From Utricularia gibba (Eukaryota; Plantae; Magnoliophyta), in the NCBI GenBank assembly GCA_002189035.1, contig NEEC01000500.1, positions 1-26,230 on the forward strand: a stretch of 26,230 nucleotides of DNA, written 5' to 3'. Below the pieces are notes generated by a model. That model was given only the letters and a program-made list of their open reading frames with translations, was not told the origin of the DNA and ran no database searches. Below are positions 20,969 to 26,230 of the stretch, piece after piece. Position 1 is the first letter of the stretch, and the number at the start of each line of letters is the position of its first letter. Position numbers and translations under genes: made by a program.

Positions 20969-23900
20969 CACGTGCACCCCACATGATTTTTTTAACAACT
21001 ACTTTATACTGAGAGGCGGTCTTGGGGGGCACTTGGAACCGGAAAAAGATCAGCTTAGGCCTTGGCCCAAAGTAAGTTGTAGCCCGGCAAAGAAAGTGAT
21101 GTATTTATTAACGTTCGGTTTTCGGTGTTGCCTACATGGTTTTTCAAGGAACAGCTTCTCGTTTTGTGGCGGCCAGTCTCGCTAGGAACTTGGTCCGGGC
21201 CCGCGATTCTTTATGGCTCATGAGGACAAAAGGATGCAAATCGATGAATACAATGTTGCATTTGTTTAAATTGCGATATCACGTGCACCCCATGATTTTT
21301 TCAACAACTTACTTTATACTTGAGAGGCGGTCTTTGGGGCACTGGAACGGAAAAAGGTAGCTTAGGCTTGCCCAAAAGTAAGTTGTAGTCCGGCAAATAA
21401 AGTGATGTATTTATTATCGTTCGGTTTTCGGGGCTGCCTACATGGTTTTTCAAGGAACCGCTTCTCGTTTTGTGGCGGCCAGTCTCGCTGGGAACTTGGT
21501 CCTTGACCCCGATTCTGTATGGCTCATGAGGTCAACTGGATGCAAATCGATTAAAAAAATGATCCATTTGTTTAAATTATGATGTCACGTGCACCCCACA
21601 TGATTTTTTCAACAACTTACTTTATACTTGAGAAGGCGGTCTTTGGGTGCACTTGGAACCGGAAAAAGATCAGCTTAGGCCTTGGCCCAAAGTAAGTTGT
21701 AGCCCGGCAAAGAAAGTGATGTATTTATTAACGTTCGGTTTTCGGTGTTGCCTACATGGTTTTTCAAGGAACAGCTTCTCGTTTTGTGGCGGCCAGTCTC
21801 GCTAGGAACTTGGTCCGGGCCCGATTCTTTATGGCTCATGAGGACAAAAGGATGCAAATCGATGAAAAAAATGTGCATTTGTTAAATTGCGATATCACGT
21901 GCACCCCACATGATTTTTTCAACAACTTACTTTATACTTGAGGAGGCGGTCTTGGGGGGCACTTGGAACGGAAAAAGGTAGCTTAGGCTTGGCCAAAAGT
22001 AAGTTGTAGTCCGGCAAATAAAGTGATGTATTTATTATCGTTCGGTTTTCGGGGGCTGCCTACATGGTTTTTCAAGGAACCGCTTCTCGTTTTGTGGCGG
22101 CCAGTCTCGCTGGGAACTTGGTCCTTGACCCCGATTCTGTATGGCTCATGAGGTCAACTGGATGCAAATCGATTAAAAAAAATGATCCATTTGTTTAAAT
22201 TATGATGTCACGTGCACCCACATGATTTTTTCAACAACTTACTTTATACTTGAGAAGGCGGTCTTTGGGGCACTTGGAACCGGAAAAAGATCAGCTTAGG
22301 CCTTGGCCCAAAGTAAGTTGTAGCCCGGCAAAGAAAGTGATGTATTTATTAACGTTCGGTTTTCGGTGTTGCCTACATGGTTTTTCAAGGAACAGCTTCT
22401 CGTTTTGTGGCGGCCAGTCTCGCTAGGAACTTGGTCCGGGCCCGCGATTCTTTATGGCTCATGAGGACAAAAGGATGCAAATCGATGAATACAATGTTGC
22501 ATTTGTTTAAATTGCGATATCACGTGCACCCCACATGATTTTTTCAACAACTTACTTTATACTTGAGCAGGCGGTCTTGGGTGCACCTGGAACGGGACAA
22601 AGGTAAGGTTTGGCTTGCAGAGAGTTAGTTGTAGTCCGGCAAATAAAGTGATGTATTTATTATCGTTCGGTTTTCGGGGGCTGCCTACATGGTTTTTCAA
22701 GGAACCGCTTCTCGTTTTGTGCGGCCAGTCTCGCTGGGAACTTGGTCCTTGACCCCGATTCTGTATGGCTCATGAGGTCAACTGGATGCAAATCGATTAA
22801 AAAAAATGATGCATTTGTTTAAATTACGATGTCACGTGCACCCCACATGATTTTTTTAACAACATACTTTATACTGAGAGGCGGTCTTGGGGGGCACTTG
22901 GAACCGGAAAAAGATCAGCTTAGGCCTTGGCCCAAAGTAAGTTGTAGCCCGGCAAAGAAAGTGATGTATTTATTAACGTTCGGTTTTCGGTGTTGCCTAC
23001 ATGGTTTTTCAAGGAACAGCTTCTCGTTTTGTGGCGGCCAGTCTCGCTAGGAACTTGGTCCGGGCCCGCGATTCTTTATGGCTCATGAGGACAAAAGGAT
23101 GCAAATCGATGAATACAATGTTGCATTTGTTTAAATTGCGATATCACGTGCACCCCACATGATTTTTTCAACAACTTACTTTATACTTGAGGAGGCGGTC
23201 TGGGGGCACTTGGAACGGAAAAAGGTAGCTTAGGCTTGGCCCAAAGTAAGTTGTAGTCCGGCAAATAAAGTGATGTATTTATTATCGTTCGGTTTTCGGG
23301 GGCTGCCTACATGGTTTTTCAAGGAACCGCTTCTCGTTTTGTGGCGGCCAGTCTCGCTGGGAACTTGGTCCTTGACCCGATTCTGTATGGCTCATGAGGT
23401 CAACTGGATGCAAATCGATTAAAAAAAATGATCCATTTGTTTAAATTATGATGTCACGTGCACCCCACATGATTTTTTCAACAACTTACTTTATACTTGA
23501 GAAGGCGGTCTTTGGGTGCACTTGGAACCGGAAAAAGATCAGCTTAGGCCTTGGCCCAAAGTAAGTTGTAGCCCGGCAAAGAAAGTGATGTATTTATTAA
23601 CGTTCGGTTTTCGTGTTGCCTACATGGTTTTTCAAGGAACAGCTTCTCGTTTTGTGGCGGCCAGTCTCGCTAGGAACTTGGTCCGGGCCCGCGATTCTTT
23701 ATGGCTCATGAGGACAAAAGGATGCAAATCGATGAATACAATGTTGCATTTGTTTAAATTGCGATATCACGTGCACCCCACATGATTTTTTCAACAACTT
23801 ACTTTATACTTGAGGGCGGTCTTTGGGTGCACCTGGAACGGGACAAAGGTAAGGTTTGGCTTGCACCGAGAGTTAGTTGTAGTCCGGCAAATAAAGTGAT

Positions 23901-26230
23901 GTATTTATTATCGTTCGGTTTTCGGGGGCTGCCTACATGGTTTTTCAAGGAACCGCTTCTCGTTTGTGGCGGCCAGTCTCGCTGGGAACTTGGTCCTTGA
24001 CCCCGATTCTGTATGGCTCATGAGGTCAACTGGATGCAAATCGATTAAAAAAAATGATCCATTTGTTTAAATTACGATGTCACGTGCACCCCACATGATT
24101 TTTTCAACAACTTACTTTATACTTGAGAAGGCGGTCTTGGGTGCACTTGGAACCGGAAAAAGATCAGCTTAGGCCTTGGCCCAAAGTAAGTTGTAGCCCG
24201 GCAAAGAAAGTGATGTATTTATTAACGTTCGGTTTTCGTGTTGCCTACATGGTTTTTCAAGGAACAGCTTCTCGTTTTGTGGCGGCCAGTCTCGCTAGGA
24301 ACTTGGTCCGGGCCCGCGATTCTTTATGGCTCATGAGGACAAAAGGATGCAAATCGATGAATACAATGTTGCATTTGTTTAAATTGCGATATCACGTGCA
24401 CCCCACATGATTTTTTCAACAACTTACTTTATACTTGAGCAGGCGGTCTTTGGGTGCACCTGGAACGGGACAAAGGTAAGGTTTGGCTTGCACCGAGAGT
24501 TAGTTGTAGTCCGGCAAATAAAGTGATGTATTTATTATCGTTCGGTTTTCGGGGGCTGCCTACATGGTTTTTCAAGGAACCGCTTCTCGTTTTGTGGCGC
24601 CAGTCTCGCTGGGAACTTGGTCCTTGACCCCGATTCTGTATGGCTCATGAGGTCAACTGGATGCAAATCGATTAAAAAAAATGATGCATTTGTTTAAATT
24701 ACGATGTCACGTGCACCCCACATGATTTTTTTAACAACATACTTTATACATGAGGAGGCGGTCTTGGGGGCACTTGGAACCGGAAAAAGATCAGCTTAGG
24801 CCTTGGCCCAAAGTAAGTTGTAGCCCGGCAAAGAAAGTGATGTATTTATTAACGTTCGGTTTTCGGTGTTGCCTACATGGTTTTTCAAGGAACAGCTTCT
24901 CGTTTTGTGGCGGCAGTCTCGCTAGGAACTTGGTCCGGGCCCCCGATTCTTTATGGCTCATGAGGACAAAAGGATGCAAATCGATGAATACAATGTTGCA
25001 TTTGTTTAAATTGCGATATCACGTGCACCCCACATGATTTTTTCAACAACTTACTTTATACTTGAGGAGGCGGTCTTGGGCACTTGGAACGGAAAAAAGT
25101 CAGCTTAGGCTTGGCCCAAAGTAAGTTGTAGTCCGGCAAATAAAGTGATGTATTTATTATCGTTCGGTTTTCGGGGGCTGCCTACATGGTTTTTCAAGGA
25201 ACCGCTTCTCGTTTTGTGGCGGCCAGTCTCGCTGGGAACTTGGTCCTTGACCCCGATTCTGTATGGCTCATGAGGTCAACTGGATGCAAATCGATTAAAA
25301 AAAATGATCCATTTGTTTAATGATGTCACGTGCACCCCACATGATTTTTTCAACAACTTACTTTATACTTGAGAAGGCGGTCTTTGGGTGCACTTGGAAC
25401 CGGAAAAGATCAGCTTAGGCCTTGGCCCAAAGTAAGTTGTAGCCCGGGTGATGTATTTATTAACGTTCGGTTTTCGGTGTTGCCTACATGGTTTTTCAAG
25501 GAACAGCTTCTCGTTTTGTGGCGGCCAGTCTCGCTAGGAACTTGGTCCGGGCCCGCGATTCTTTATGGCTCATGAGGACAAAAGGATGCAAATCGATGAA
25601 TACAATGTTGCATTTGTTTAAATTGCGATATCACGTGCACCCCACATGATTTTTTCAACAACTTACTTTATACTTGAGCAGGCGGTCTTTGGGTGCACCT
25701 GGAACGGGACAAAGGTAAGTTTGGCTTGCACCGAGAGTTAGTTGTAGTCCGGCAAATAAAGTGATGTATTTATTATCGTTCGGTTTTCGGGGGCTGCCTA
25801 CATGGTTTTTCAAGGAACCGCTTCTCGTTTTGTGGCGGCCAGTCTCGCTGGGAACTTGGTCCTTGACCCCGATTCTGTATGGCTCATGAGGTCAACTGGA
25901 TGCAAATCGATTAAAAAAAATGATCCATTTGTTTAAATTATGATGTCACGTGCACCCCACATGATTTTTTCAACAACTTACTTTATACTTGAGAAGGCGG
26001 TCTTTGGGCACTTGGAACCGGAAAAAGATCAGCTTAGGCCTTGGCCCAAAGTAAGTTGTAGCCCGGCAAAGAAAGTGATGTATTTATTAACGTTCGGTTT
26101 TCGTGTTGCCTACATGGTTTTTCAAGGAACAGCTTCTCGTTTGTGGCGGCCAGTCTCGCTAGGAACTTGGTCCGGGCCCGCGATTCTTTATGGCTCATGA
26201 GGACAAAAGGATGCAAATCGATGAATACAA
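20969..26230 (+). repeat. Imperfect 6-monomer higher-order repeat (~1.87 kb), right domain
   Basis: A2-like heads at 20969, 22833 and 24708 (spacings 1864, 1875) are each followed by a B2-like monomer (21280, 23145, 25020) and preceded by a B monomer ending TACGATGT. An extra B2-like monomer at 21896 breaks the pattern. Confidence 0.6.
25327..25631 (+). repeat. A-type monomer with an 8-bp deletion (305 bp)
   Basis: 25441-25456 reads AGCCCGG|GTGATGTAT, lacking CAAAGAAA. A further 4 nt (ATTA) are missing just upstream at 25320/25321. Confidence 0.9.

Larger units (their letters stand above)
1..26230. repeat. Tandem satellite DNA array, ~313-bp monomer, ~84 copies, all in one orientation, running off both window ends
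   Basis: The anchor CACGTGCAC recurs at 137, 452, 764, 1077, 1396, 1710, 2025, 2336, 2648, 2962 ... 25020, 25327, 25632, 25947 (84 sites; (25947-137)/83 = 311 bp). Near-invariant blocks such as GCGGTCT, GTTGTAG, CGTTCGGTTTT, GGCTCATGAGG and ATTTGTTTAA recur in the same order throughout. No unique sequence interrupts the array. Confidence 0.99.

Noticed and set aside
519-26216. About 65 short ORFs (60-147 aa) with recurring peptides such as KVSCSPANKVMYLLSFGFRG
   Set aside because: They are translations of the satellite monomer. Many start at TTG or GTG, frames shift with every homopolymer indel, A/B differences and deletions ignore codon phase, and I recognise no protein domain.
1-26230. CRISPR array or tandem mobile element interpretation
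   Set aside because: There are no unique spacers between short repeats and no cas genes. I see no terminal repeats, target-site duplications, poly-A tails or transposase/RT coding sequence.

Overview
The whole 26,230-bp window is one uninterrupted head-to-tail tandem satellite array. I found no credible genes, RNA genes, transposons or CRISPR arrays. I located 84 copies of the anchor CACGTGCAC, the first at 137 and the last at 25947. This gives a mean period of about 311 bp, mostly 306-316 bp, with about 43% GC in the one monomer I counted. The array is nested. (1) Each ~313-bp monomer is a diverged dimer of a ~157-bp ancestral unit. (2) Monomers alternate between two types, A and B, giving a ~626-bp dimer. 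(3) Subtypes A1/A2/B1/B2 recur with an imperfect 6-monomer (~1.88 kb) period. Local irregularities are a fine-scale A/B mosaic (5.5-6.4 kb), a 40-bp deletion (13.76 kb), an A/B chimeric monomer that flips the dimer phase (19.0 kb) followed by a triply deleted monomer, and a change in variant composition at about 13.6-13.9 kb. The indel pattern suggests a long-read or collapsed consensus, so some irregularities may be artefacts. All listed ORFs are by-products of the repeat. I cannot identify the organism or satellite family from sequence alone; a eukaryotic centromeric, pericentromeric or heterochromatic satellite is the most likely reading. All counts and alignments were done by eye.
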